From positions 320,001-384,000 of the forward strand of contig CBDCYI010000011.1 of NCBI GenBank assembly GCA_965224085.1: DNA of 64,000 bases, written 5' to 3'. The DNA is from Candidatus Marinacidobacterales bacterium. GTDB taxonomy: Bacteria > Acidobacteriota > Vicinamibacteria > Marinacidobacterales > SMYC01. Each line of letters starts with the position of its first letter. Position 1 is the first letter of the stretch. The notes below the pieces were generated by a model. The model was not told the origin of the DNA. It did no database searches and saw only the letters and a program-made list of their open reading frames with translations. Both the position numbers and the translations under genes were made by a program. This document shows positions 8,538 through 18,671 of this stretch, piece after piece.

Positions 8538-10247
8538 ATGACGACAGAAATGAACCGCCGACGATTCGTGGCATGTTTTTCTTCTCTCGGGCTCGGGACC
8601 AGCTTGATGCCAGGAGCTCTGGCGGCCGTCGCGGAGGATGCCGCGACCGTGACGGTCGAGATGATCGACGCGGCACAAAAGATCGCTGGCCTCAGTTTTA
8701 CGCCGGCCCAGCAACAAGCGCTTCTCGATAGGCTTAACGGAGAGCGAAGTCCCTTGAAAGGATTCGACGCGATCCGCGCTGCCAGTCTCGGAAACGACAC
8801 CGCCCCGGCGCTCGTGTTCAATCCCGTTCCGCCCGGAAAGCGGATCCCGACAGGCGAGAGCTCGATGGCGCCGAGCGACGTCAACGTCTCCACGCCGTCG
8901 ACGGACGAAGAGCTGGCCTTTTTGCCGACGACTCATCTTGCACGGCTTGTCGCGAGGCGTGACGTCAAACCGACGGAGCTCACGAAGCTCTATCTCGCGC
9001 GTTTAAAAAAATTTGACCCGGAGCTTCACTGCGTCGTGAACCTCACTGAAGACATCGCGATGAAGCAGGCGAAGCGCGCCGACGAAGAGATCGCCGCGGG
9101 CACTTATCGCGGACCGCTCCACGGCATCCCGTGGGGCGCGAAAGATCTTCTGGCCGTGCGCGGCACGAAGACGACCTGGGGCGCCACACCTTATGAGGAT
9201 CAAAGGATCGACACCGACGCGACGGTTTACACGCGGCTCACCGAAGCGGGCGCCGTGCTCGTGGCGAAGCTTTCGATGGGGGCACTTGCTTCCGGCGATC
9301 GCTGGTTTCGCGCGCGCACGCGAAACCCGTGGAACACAGAGCAAGGCTCGAGCGGCTCGTCCGCGGGACCGGGCTCCGCCACCGCCGCCGGGCTCGTGGG
9401 CTTTGCCATCGGCACCGAGACGCGCGGCTCGATCATCTCGCCTTCGACCCGCAACGGTGTGGCCGGACTGAGACCGACTTACGGTCGAGTGAGCCGCTAC
9501 GGTGCGATGGCGCTGTCGTGGTCGATGGACAAGATTGGCCCGATGTGCCGCTCCGCCGAAGACTGCGCGCTCGTCTTCGATGCGATTCGGGGACCGGATG
9601 GAAAAGACAACACGCTCTTCGACGTCCCGTTCGTCTGGGATGGCGGGCGCGACGTGCGCGAGCTTCGCATCGGCTACTTGCGATCGGCTTTCGACGAGAT
9701 CGAGGGCGACCCGGAAAACGCTGATCGCGTCGCACGGCAGCGGGCGACCCAAAGAAACAACCGCGAAGCGCTCGACGTGATCCGATCGCTGGGTGTCGAG
9801 CTCGAACCCTTCGACCTGCCCGACGTGCCTTCCGACGCCATCGGCTTCATCCTCACGACCGAATCCGCCGCTGCTTTCGACGACTTGACGCTCGAGGGCG
9901 ATATCGACAGTATGAAGGCGCCTCCCGAAGAAAGCCGGTGGCCGGAAAGCTTTCGCTCGGCGCGCTTCGTTCCCGCGGTCGAGTACATCCAAGCGAATCG
10001 TCTGCGCATGCGCATCATGGAACAAGTCGACGAGGCCCTCGGCGACTTGGACGGGTTCATCGGGAGCAACCTGGGTCTAACGAATCTGACGGGCCATCCG
10101 GAGATCAGCGTGCCGGGTGGCTTCTTCGAAGGCACGCCGACGAGCTTGCGGTTCACGGGCAAGCTATTCGGGGAAGCGGAGATTCTACTGCTGGCGCACG
10201 CGTTTCAGTCGAAGACCGATCATCATCGAAAACACCCCGTTCTTTGA
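8538..10247 (+). CDS. Tat-exported amidase-signature enzyme
   Basis: MNRRRF twin-Arg leader; GPLHGIPWGAKD, GSSGSSAGPG, GTETRGSI. Confidence 0.9.
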   Translation: MTTEMNRRRFVACFSSLGLGTSLMPGALAAVAEDAATVTVEMIDAAQKIAGLSFTPAQQQALLDRLNGERSPLKGFDAIRAASLGNDTAPALVFNPVPPGKRIPTGESSMAPSDVNVSTPSTDEELAFLPTTHLARLVARRDVKPTELTKLYLARLKKFDPELHCVVNLTEDIAMKQAKRADEEIAAGTYRGPLHGIPWGAKDLLAVRGTKTTWGATPYEDQRIDTDATVYTRLTEAGAVLVAKLSMGALASGDRWFRARTRNPWNTEQGSSGSSAGPGSATAAGLVGFAIGTETRGSIISPSTRNGVAGLRPTYGRVSRYGAMALSWSMDKIGPMCRSAEDCALVFDAIRGPDGKDNTLFDVPFVWDGGRDVRELRIGYLRSAFDEIEGDPENADRVARQRATQRNNREALDVIRSLGVELEPFDLPDVPSDAIGFILTTESAAAFDDLTLEGDIDSMKAPPEESRWPESFRSARFVPAVEYIQANRLRMRIMEQVDEALGDLDGFIGSNLGLTNLTGHPEISVPGGFFEGTPTSLRFTGKLFGEAEILLLAHAFQSKTDHHRKHPVL

Positions 10248-10546
10248 AAACTGGAGGTTCCCAATGAAGCCCGCCCTCCCTGCGGGAACCTACTCCGTCG
10301 TCGCTATCGAGGCCGTCTATTTTCCCCCGATCAAGCCCATGAAACTCGGCGACCGTGAGGCCGGGCTCGATGCGTTGCAGGCTGCGATCGACTGTCAACC
10401 CCCCTCGCCGTGTAGAGATACGAAAGGACAAGGAGCTCGAGCCCTCCGCTCCGAGCCCGGCTCAAGGCGGTCCTCACTGGCAAAGGAGAGCTCGGCAAGA
10501 GAAGCTAGAAGCAGGCTCTTTCAAAAGCTAAGCCGACGAAGCCAGT

Positions 10547-11401
10547 TCAAGGACGTAAGGCGCTTTCCAGTGCGACCGCGGCATCGGTTCTGGGATCGCG
10601 GTACTTGACGATGATAGGTGCATAGAGATGGAGGCCATCTCGCGAGGCGAGGCTCCCTCGCGCCGGTCGGCTCCCCGGTACTACCACCGCGCCTCGAGGT
10701 ATGCTCAAAGGCGAGTCCGCGCTTGCCCGCAGCACCGTTTCGTTCACTAGATCGTAGACGGGCGTGGACCGAGTGAGTATCGTCCCGGCTGCCAACACCG
10801 CTTCCTTCTTGACGATGGTGCCCTCGTACACCCCGCAGTTCCCTCCCACCAGTACGCGGTCTTCGATGATCACCGGCATCGCTCCCACCGGCTCGAGAAC
10901 GCCGCCAATCTGCGCACCGGCGGAAACGTGCACGCGCTTGCCGACTTGAGCACAGGAACCCACCAGCGCGTTGGAGTCGATCATCGTCTCTTCATCCACG
11001 TAGGCACCGACGTTCACATACATCGGTGGCATGCAGACGACTCCTCGGCCCACGAACGCCCCGGCCCGAATCGAAGAACCGCCTGGGACCACCCTGACCT
11101 GCTCTTCGGGCTCCAGGTCCCGAAGCGGAAACGTATGCTTGTCGAAGAACCGCATCGGAGGCTTCTTTAGAGAGAAGTCCTCGATTCGTCCAAGGCGGAA
11201 TCCCAGCAGAATCCCCTTTTTCACCCAAGTGTTGACTACCCAACCATGAGGACCTGGCTCGGCGGCACGCACCTCCCCTCGGGACAGCATCGCCCTGAAC
11301 TCGACGAAAGAACTCTCAGCGTCTGACGGAAGGTCGGCACCCTCGTGCTCGAATAGCCGTTCTATCGTCTCTTGGAGAGCAGTCTTTGCCTTCGTCGTTA
11401 C
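10547..11401 (-). CDS. dapD: 2,3,4,5-tetrahydropyridine-2,6-dicarboxylate N-succinyltransferase
   Basis: WVVNTWVKKGILLGFR, hexapeptide repeats, GGVLEP. The frame is open upstream of ATG 11290 to about 11401; the start codon is uncertain. Confidence 0.9.
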   Translation of the reverse strand, partial: VTTKAKTALQETIERLFEHEGADLPSDAESSFVEFRAMLSRGEVRAAEPGPHGWVVNTWVKKGILLGFRLGRIEDFSLKKPPMRFFDKHTFPLRDLEPEEQVRVVPGGSSIRAGAFVGRGVVCMPPMYVNVGAYVDEETMIDSNALVGSCAQVGKRVHVSAGAQIGGVLEPVGAMPVIIEDRVLVGGNCGVYEGTIVKKEAVLAAGTILTRSTPVYDLVNETVLRASADSPLSIPRGAVVVPGSRPARGSLASRDGLHLYAPIIVKYRDPRTDAAVALESALRP

Positions 11402-11403
11402 GG

Positions 11404-12312
11404 TTAGCTCCTTTTGCCGGTCAACTCCTCGACCAACTCCAATTGCAGCAGGTGCTCACGTAGTCCACTGCGATTCTCTGCACTCATCGGCACGAGCGGA
11501 AGCCGATAGTGTTCACCGATGAGCCCCATCATCGCCAAGGCCGCCTTGACCGGGATGGGGTTCGTCTCGATGAAGTTAGCGTTCATCAATCCCAAGAGCC
11601 GGAAATGGATCTCCCGGGCGTCGGGCAGTCTCTCCGCCAACGCCTCCCGGACCATCCGACTCATCAGCGTAGGCACTTCGTTCGAGACCACCGAGATCAC
11701 TCCATCGCCCCCGAGGGCCAGAATTGGTAAGGTCAGATTGTCTTCCCCGGAAAAAACGCTAAAGCCGTCTGGCCGGCGCGACAGGATCTCCATCACCTGA
11801 ATGAGGTTGCCCGATGCCTCTTTCACCCCTCGAATGTTCTCGTGCTGGGCGAGGCGCATCAAGGTCGCGGGCGAAAGATTGGCGCTGGTTCGGCCCGGAA
11901 CGTTGTAGACGATCACCGGTATTTCGATCGCATCGGCCAGTTCGGAGAAATGTCGAAACAAGCCTTCTTGGGTAGGTTTGTTGTAGTAAGGAACGACGGA
12001 GAGAATCCCATCTACCCCCAGCGAAGCGACCACGCGGGCCTGAGCCACGACCTTTTCCGTGCTGTTCCCGCCTACACCGGCGATCACCCGAACCCGCGTG
12101 TCGACTCGGTCTCGTACCACTTGAATAACGCGGAGCTGCTCCTCGCCGCTCAGAGTGACGCTTTCCCCGGTCGTGCCGCAAGCAACGATTCCCTCCACCC
12201 GTCCGTCGATTTGAAGATCCACGAGCCTCTCGAGCGCCTGTTCGTCCACGGCTCCGTCGGTGCGAAAGGGGGTCACCACCGCAGTATAGGTTCCCTGCCA
12301 CGGCTCATTCAT
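11404..12312 (-). CDS. dapA: 4-hydroxy-tetrahydrodipicolinate synthase
   Basis: GTTGES, PYYNKP, YNVPGRT, GVKEASG, ETNPIPVK. Confidence 0.97.
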   Translation of the reverse strand: MNEPWQGTYTAVVTPFRTDGAVDEQALERLVDLQIDGRVEGIVACGTTGESVTLSGEEQLRVIQVVRDRVDTRVRVIAGVGGNSTEKVVAQARVVASLGVDGILSVVPYYNKPTQEGLFRHFSELADAIEIPVIVYNVPGRTSANLSPATLMRLAQHENIRGVKEASGNLIQVMEILSRRPDGFSVFSGEDNLTLPILALGGDGVISVVSNEVPTLMSRMVREALAERLPDAREIHFRLLGLMNANFIETNPIPVKAALAMMGLIGEHYRLPLVPMSAENRSGLREHLLQLELVEELTGKRS

Positions 12313-12315
12313 GAC

Positions 12316-13053
12316 TCACTCCAATTCCAGTAAATCGCCGAACTCGAAAACGCCCTTCTTGTCGTGGACCCACTCCGCGGCAAAAAGCGCGCCCCGCGCG
12401 AAGCCTTCTCGATTGCGGGCGGTGTGCACTATTTCCACGCTGTCGGCTGCACTATCGAACCCCAACTCGTGTCGACCCGACGCTCCACCCGCCCTTAGCG
12501 AAGAGATATGAAGCGCTTCGGGATCGATCTTCCCCTCCGGGCTTCCGATCTGCACCCGGGTCTTACGTTCAGTGTTCGCGACGACGATCTCCGCCAGCCG
12601 CAGCGCCGTTCCACTGGGCGCGTCGACCTTCTCTCGATGGTGTTGCTCGAAAACGTAAGGGTCATACGCGGAGAAAGGGTCGAAGAGGCGGGTGGCGACC
12701 TCGGCGAGCTTTAGGAAGAGATTGGCCCCGATCGAAAAATTCGCGCTGTAAACGAGCGCAGTTTGGTGCGTCTCGATCAACTGCCGTACTTCTCCAAGAC
12801 TATCGTACCACCCAGTCGTCCCCACGATCATGTGAACGCCTGCCTCTGCTACGCGGCGGATATTGTCTAGGACGGCTTCCGGCCAGCTGAAGTCGATGAC
12901 CACTTCGATCCCCGCGAGGGCATCCTTGGTGAGGCCGATCCCGTCCGGGTTGGAATACTCATCCAGTGAGAGACGAATTTCGTGGCCATCTGCGCGAGCC
13001 AGGCGCTCGACCTCGGAGCCCATGCGGCCCCGGCCGGTGAGTCCCAGGATCAA
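12316..13053 (-). CDS. dapB: 4-hydroxy-tetrahydrodipicolinate reductase
   Basis: GRGRMG, IVGTTG, NFSIG, EQHHREKVDAPSGTA. Confidence 0.95.
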   Translation of the reverse strand: MILGLTGRGRMGSEVERLARADGHEIRLSLDEYSNPDGIGLTKDALAGIEVVIDFSWPEAVLDNIRRVAEAGVHMIVGTTGWYDSLGEVRQLIETHQTALVYSANFSIGANLFLKLAEVATRLFDPFSAYDPYVFEQHHREKVDAPSGTALRLAEIVVANTERKTRVQIGSPEGKIDPEALHISSLRAGGASGRHELGFDSAADSVEIVHTARNREGFARGALFAAEWVHDKKGVFEFGDLLELE

Positions 13054-13249
13054 GGCACCATCTCCTTATCCACCGCCTCGGGAAAGGATAGGAAAATTCA
13101 TACGTGTCCAGCCCCGATCCTCACGAAATTTACCCACTGGGATGGGACTGCAGTCCGATTGAGTCCTGGTGAGGGTAGCAGAGCTCGAGCAAACAAGGCA
13201 AGGCGGGAGGAGTGTCTCCCGCCGGGGGGATGGGTATGAAGTTGCCCTG

Positions 13250-13805
13250 CTGAAGACTACACTTTCAAGTACTTCAGCGTGGATCACAGTATGGCCGTCC
13301 TCTATGGGCCGAACCTGACGCCCTTCGTCCACTACGCCCTGGAGATCGCGCCCGAGAAGTTCTCACTCGAGTCAGACCCCGACGAGATGAGGCATTACAC
13401 CAGCCTGGATGTCGACCTCGAGATTCGCGACGCGGAAGGTCGTCTGATGGCCGTGGACGTCAACCAGCCGCTACTGCAGCTTAGTGCGAGCCAGTCCAGA
13501 GCGCCAAGAGCTTTCCTTTTGGCTATCGAGACAACTACCCGATTCTTCCCGGGGACTACAAGGTGAGTGTCGTTCTGAAGAATCGCGCCACCAAGGAGTA
13601 CACGGCATTCTGGCAACAGATCCACGTTCCCGCGGTGGAACCTGGAACGCCTTTTCTCGGAGAGATCGTTCTGGGCTACGGCAAGGGAATTGCGAGGACA
13701 CGTCAAGGTGGTCACTTGACGTACCAGCTGGGTGCCGAGGAAATCTATCCCGTTACCGTGGCGGCCTTTCAGTCGTCTGCGAACATGCAAGTGCTGGTTC
13801 AAGCA
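13250..13805 (+). pseudogene. Internal fragment of a GWxTD-type acidobacterial protein (C-terminal region), frameshifted
   Basis: FVHYALEI..LDVDLEIRD..GYRDNYPILPGDYKVSVVLKNRATKEY; no start codon; cut at a junction. Confidence 0.5.
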
Positions 13806-14530
13806 CTCGCATGGAGCTTGACGGAACCGCTTCCGACGTTCGTGTCGTTGCGGAAACGGTCGAAGGTCCACCCGAACACGACGTAGAGCGACATGGCGAG
13901 GGCCCCGGTAGGCAGAAGGAAGGTTCCCGAAAGAGTGTCCAAAAAAACGAACGAATCCATATCGAAGATACGAAAGCCGGACCACGGACCCTGGGACAGA
14001 ATGACCACGGTCGAGAGCAGCAGGAACACACCGGCTAGAAGCCACGCGCCGGCGCGACGACTGATCGGTACGAGGTCGGTGAGGGTTGCGGTCAAGACTT
14101 CGTGATGCGCCGTCGCCGACGTCATCGCGGCGAGGATCAACAGGAAAAAGAACAGGCTGCCAAAGAAGTAGCCTCCCGGCATCTGCGCGAACAGGTTCGT
14201 CATCGTGAGAAACAGCAGGCCGGGGCCGGCATCGGGCTCGAGACCGAAGGCGAAGAGCGCCGGGAAAATCACGAGGCCCGAGATGAAAGCCACGAGAGTG
14301 TCACAGCCCACGACGATCGCAACGCTTCGGGGCACGTCGCTGTTTTTCGGGTTGAGATAGCTCCCGAAGCCGAAGGCAACCGCCATGCCGATACCGATCG
14401 AGTAGAAGGCTTGGCCGAGCGCGGCAAGTACCGCCTGGGCATGGATGGCGGAGAAGTCGGGTGTCAGATACCACGCCAGACCGCGCGAGGCGCCCGGAAG
14501 CGTCAGCGAGCGAATCGCTAGTCCGACGAG
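13805..14530 (-). pseudogene. NSS-family sodium-dependent transporter, C-terminal fragment
   Basis: LTLPGA..YLTPDF..ALGQAFYSIGIG..FGSY..GPGLLF; N-terminal half is absent. Confidence 0.85.
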
Positions 14531-14822
14531 CTCAGATTCATGACATCGCAGCACTGTCGGGAGGCCCGGGCTTCGCCGCCTGTTTCTCCTAGCCAACGAG
14601 ATCTCCGACTGCCACTGTCCAAAAACACCGGTGTCGGGGAGCGAAACAGCGTCTATTTCGACGATTGATTGTCAGGGTCAGGCTGAGCACTACGATACGC
14701 TTAGAGGGAACGGAGCTAGACTGTTCCCCTCTTGCGGAGTAGAAAGCGTAGATTGATTACACCCCTGTGTTCACAAGATATACATGTGTAAACACTAGTG
14801 TGTTTATGATATAATATCACTC

Positions 14823-16178
14823 TTGTATTTCAAGAGAGACATCGACGGCATCCTAATGGAATGGAGCGAATCCACTGGGCGCAAGCCGTTGATTCTGCGA
14901 GGTGCGCGCCAGACGGGGAAGACGGCGTCTGTTCGCGAACTGGCCAAGCGCTTCGAGCTGTTCCTCGAGCTCAATTTGGAGCGTTTCGAAGATTTGGCGT
15001 TGATCCGAGCTTCGAGCTCGGCCGAGGATTTGCTGGCAGGCCTGAAGGCCCGGTTCAATGTCGCGGCATTCCCGGAGCGCACATTGGTCTTTCTCGATGA
15101 GATTCAGGAGAGTGCGGAGGCCATTCATTGGCTGCGTTTCCTGAGGGAGGATCATCCGGAGCTTGCGGTGGTTGCCGCCGGCTCACTGATGGAGGTGCGA
15201 CTTCAGGAGCGCGGATTCGCGTTTCCCGTGGGCCGGGTGACTTTCAGAACGCTACGCCCGCTGAGCTTCATGGAGTTTCTGCGGGCTTCGGAAAACGATG
15301 TCCTCGCCAGTCAGATTCTGGAATCAGCCTCGGGTTGGCAGCCGATCCAAGCGCCTGTGCACGAGCAGGCGACCGAGCTTTTCCAAACTTATCTCCAGAT
15401 CGGCGGCATGCCCGAGGCCGTCGCGAGCTGGGTGGAATCGGGGCAGCCTGCCGCGGCTTCTCGGGTGCATGCGGATCTAATCCAGTCGCTGGCTGAAGAT
15501 CTTCAAAAGTACCGGGGCGTCCGGGATCTAACCTATCTCGAAGCTGCGTTCGAGAGCCTTCGACATCATTATGGACTGCGCTTCAAATACGAGAACTTTG
15601 CTCCGGGCTATCGTTCTCAACTCATGAAGGCTGCTCTGGGCAAGCTCGACGCCGCGCTTCTCATCACTCAGGCGTGGCCGACGAGCTCCCTCACGCCACC
15701 TCTCGTGGCTCGTGCGCGCTCGGCGCCGAAACTCCTTCCTCTGGATACGGCGTTAGCCCTCGCGACAATGGGCTTCGACTCTGAAGAGCTCCGTCGTTGG
15801 CCCGTCGACAAGATTCTCGGAGGGCGTATTGCCGAGATGTTCGTTGGACAGGAGCTTTTGGCTGGAAGAGGCCCGTCGCATGAGGAACTTTATTTCTGGG
15901 TCAGCGAGTCTTCACGGTCGAATGCCGAGATCGACTTTCTGCTGTCAGCTCCGGGCAAGCTCGTCCCTGTCGAAGCGAAGTCCTCGGCATCGGGCTCCCT
16001 CAAGTCTCTCCATCAGTTCCTCTGGCGCTCTGGCCTGGACGAGGCCGTCCGCCTCCACAGTGGACCGGTTGCTGACGAACGTCACGAGGTCAAGATGCCG
16101 GGAGGCGTCTTGCACTACCGTTTACTCTCATTGCCGTTGTATCTGGCTTCTCTTATACCAGATCTGATCTCGGCCTAG
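14823..16178 (+). CDS. AAA_14 ATPase with DUF4143 domain and C-terminal PD-(D/E)xK-like motif
   Basis: GARQTGKT Walker A, FLDEIQ, GGMPEAV, EIDF...PVEAKS. Confidence 0.9.
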   Translation: MYFKRDIDGILMEWSESTGRKPLILRGARQTGKTASVRELAKRFELFLELNLERFEDLALIRASSSAEDLLAGLKARFNVAAFPERTLVFLDEIQESAEAIHWLRFLREDHPELAVVAAGSLMEVRLQERGFAFPVGRVTFRTLRPLSFMEFLRASENDVLASQILESASGWQPIQAPVHEQATELFQTYLQIGGMPEAVASWVESGQPAAASRVHADLIQSLAEDLQKYRGVRDLTYLEAAFESLRHHYGLRFKYENFAPGYRSQLMKAALGKLDAALLITQAWPTSSLTPPLVARARSAPKLLPLDTALALATMGFDSEELRRWPVDKILGGRIAEMFVGQELLAGRGPSHEELYFWVSESSRSNAEIDFLLSAPGKLVPVEAKSSASGSLKSLHQFLWRSGLDEAVRLHSGPVADERHEVKMPGGVLHYRLLSLPLYLASLIPDLISA

Positions 16179-16316
16179 CGGTCCTACCCGAGTTTCCGTT
16201 GCGTTGAAAGTCGTTCGAAGAGCTACTCAACGCCCCGCGCGTCCGGTATCCTGGAGCTATCCAGTTTTCATCGTGAATCCAAATGCGGGCCGCCCGGATG
16301 GGCGGGGGAGGCTCCT

Positions 16317-16613
16317 ATGCTCATTTGGAAACCACCAGGATTTTTCATCGTTGGCGCGAATATGGCGCTCTTCCTGGTCGGCGGCGGGTTCTTCGGCGTC
16401 CATGCGCTCGAGATTCTCCCAGCGGAAGACTCGACGATGATGGCGCTCATGCGCTTGACGGGTGTCGGGATCATCTTGTCGGACATTTGGTTTCGGCGGG
16501 ATCAAGGCCTGTCGTTTCTGAGCTTGGAGGCGTCGACGTTCTTCTTCGTGATCCCCACGTGGGCCATCGGCGTGTTTTTCCTCCTCGCCTCGAAGCAGTT
16601 TCTGATCGGCTGA
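16317..16613 (+). CDS. Small hypothetical membrane protein
   Basis: Three hydrophobic segments; GGAGG upstream. Confidence 0.5.
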   Translation: MLIWKPPGFFIVGANMALFLVGGGFFGVHALEILPAEDSTMMALMRLTGVGIILSDIWFRRDQGLSFLSLEASTFFFVIPTWAIGVFFLLASKQFLIG

Positions 16614-16639
16614 CGCTGACCGCTCGTCTTGCGAGCTTC

Positions 16640-17012
16640 ATTCGCTGCGGAGCGCGACGGGCGGGGAGATAGCTCGACAAGAGAGCAACCGCAGCGAGCG
16701 ACAAGACGACCGCGCCGATCACTGACGTGTCATGCGGCGTGACGCCGAAGAGAAGGCTCGACAGAAATCTACCTCCGAGCAAACCACCCACCACACCCAG
16801 ACCGATACCTGACGCCGTCAGCTTCGCCCCCTGTCGTAAGACCATCGCGACGATGCGGCGATCGTCGGCGCCCATGGCAACGCGCACGGCAATCTCCCGA
16901 GTTCGCTGTGACACGTTGTAGGCCATGACGCCACCGATCCCTCTGCCGCCAGCAACATCGCGAGTAAGGCGAAGGTCGTCAAGAGCACGGTCCGGAACCG
17001 TGGCTCCGCCAC
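16640..17012 (-). pseudogene. ADOP/FtsX-type ABC permease, C-terminal fragment, frameshifted
   Basis: PRFRTVLL..FALLA / GVMAYNVSQRTREIAVRVAMGA..YLPARRA. Confidence 0.85.
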
Positions 17013-17159
17013 GTCTGGCTCTCTTTGAGGGCGCTACCCCGGGAAGCCGCCCCGATGGCCTTCGAAACCGGAGCGTACGTGAGATGAAATGCCGGAGCGA
17101 GCCCAAAAACCAGCGGGTCAAAAGCGAAGCACCAAAGGTGAAGAGAAAGACGTCCGCGT

Positions 17160-17493
17160 CGAGGCCGATCTCGTCGAGCCGGGGGAGCCTTTCATGTCGC
17201 GCCCGCTCACTCTGGACCAACTGGCTTGCGAAGCCGGTCTTCACCGCTGCCACTTCGCGCGGGAGTTGCGGCGCCACCGTGGGATGAGTGCGGGCGACTA
17301 TCGCCGCCGATTGCGGGTCGCTCTCGCTGCGAAGAAGCTCTCTCTGACTTGTCTTGCCCTTGCTGAAATCGCCCACGAGTTGGGCTTTGCCGACCAGAGC
17401 CACATGGGAGCCAGTTCAAACGCTTTGAGCCACATGGGAGCCAGTTCAAACGCTTTATCGGCATGACTCCCGCTCAATACCGGGCGCCGGTAG
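17160..17493 (+). pseudogene. AraC-family HTH fragment
   Basis: LTLDQLACEAGLHRCHFAR..LAEIAHELGFADQSH; QFKRFIGMTPAQYR in another frame. Confidence 0.8.
17397..17456 (+). repeat. 30-bp tandem duplication
   Basis: GAGCCACATGGGAGCCAGTTCAAACGCTTT x2. Confidence 0.95.
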
Positions 17494-17892
17494 CGTGATC
17501 GCTGCGCCTCACACAGTCATCGAGCTCCGCTTCGCACAAAGCAGTCAAGGTGCGGCTCGTTTCGCTCGAAGGGATTCTTCGTCGTGCCCGGATAATTTAG
17601 ATCGCATGAAGTCTCGGCTCGAGACGAAGTTGTCACGAGCGCGAGGAATCGCCACTCTGGTCATGTCGAAGCTTGGAGGCGTTGGCCCTTTGCTGGCTCT
17701 GGTGGCGCCTCGCCGCTTGCTAACTTCCCGCACGGCGCGCGAGCCGTGTCGATCCAACGGGCGATGCTCCGGATGGATTGACATTGAATCCGGACGGCGT
17801 CCGGAACCGCCACCGGGGAGAACGAAGAGCAGCCGCCACGACGCACGCTATTTTTTCTTGCCCTGGACAGCTGAGCGTCGCAGCATCATAGT

Positions 17893-17921
17893 GACTCATA
17901 ATGAGTCGTAATATGACTCAT
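17893..17921. promoter_or_regulatory. Probable TA autoregulatory operator
   Basis: GACTCAT-A-ATGAGTC-GTAATAT-GACTCAT: three half-sites directly upstream of the antitoxin. Confidence 0.7.
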
Positions 17922-17928
17922 TAATTGG

Positions 17929-18197
17929 ATGGACATGAAGCAGCTTACGGTACGTGGTTTCGACGACGATCTAGCCCGGAGAATCCAGCACTTGGCGAAT
18001 CGGGAAGGGATCTCACTCAACCAGGCGGTACTGCGACTTCTTCGCAAGGGTGCTGGCCTCTCAGAAAACGGACCTCACGCCGATAGGGTGGGGTCTTCGC
18101 GCGATCACCTAATTGGAACGTGCACGGCAGAGGAGGCGGCACAACTCGAGCGCGCGCGCGGGATTTCGAGGAAATCGACGAGTCCATGTGGGAATGA
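17929..18197 (+). CDS. RHH (FitA/VapB-like) antitoxin, frameshifted in a CG run near 18155
   Basis: MKQLTVRGFDDDL..EGISLNQ; tail DFEEIDESMWE* in the shifted frame; ATGA overlap with the toxin. Confidence 0.8.
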
Positions 18198-18592
18198 GAC
18201 TCCTCCTCGACTCCAATGCCTACTCTCAACTCAAGCGAGGACACCGTCCGGTCGCGGAGCTAGTACGCAAATCCGAGGAGGTGTTCTTCTCGGCCATCGT
18301 TGCCGGTGAATTGCTTTACGGATTCCGGCACGGCTCCCGCTTCGAGCGGAACCTGCAAGAGCTCAACGCTTTACTCGACAATCCGTATGTTACGTTCGTG
18401 CCGGTCGGCATGTCGACGAGCAACCGTTACTCACGCGTCGCAGCGCAGCTACCTCAGAAAGGACGCCCGATCCCTACGAACGACATCTGGATCTCGACGC
18501 ACACGATGGAAACCGGAGCCGATCTCGTTTCTTTCGATGAACACTTCGACAACATTGATGGACTCGCGTGGATCCATCTGTCGGCCGAATAG
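18194..18592 (+). CDS. vapC: VapC PIN-domain toxin
   Basis: LLDSNAY, GEL, PIPTNDIWI, SFDEHF. Confidence 0.9.
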   Translation: MRLLLDSNAYSQLKRGHRPVAELVRKSEEVFFSAIVAGELLYGFRHGSRFERNLQELNALLDNPYVTFVPVGMSTSNRYSRVAAQLPQKGRPIPTNDIWISTHTMETGADLVSFDEHFDNIDGLAWIHLSAE

Positions 18593-18671
18593 CGTGGACC
18601 CGACGACGTAATCCGTCGTCGCAGCAGCGACGTCGAATTTGGTCCAGACCAAGCACCTCGCCGGCTCGATG

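Noticed and set aside
10265-10540. Short ORF after the amidase (MKPALPAGTY..)
   Set aside because: It has an RBS but degrades into unrecognisable sequence overlapping dapD; cannot be assigned.
13060-13240. Lysine riboswitch upstream of dapB
   Set aside because: Hairpins are present (GGCGGGAG..CTCCCGCC), but I see no recognisable L-box conserved motifs on the minus strand.
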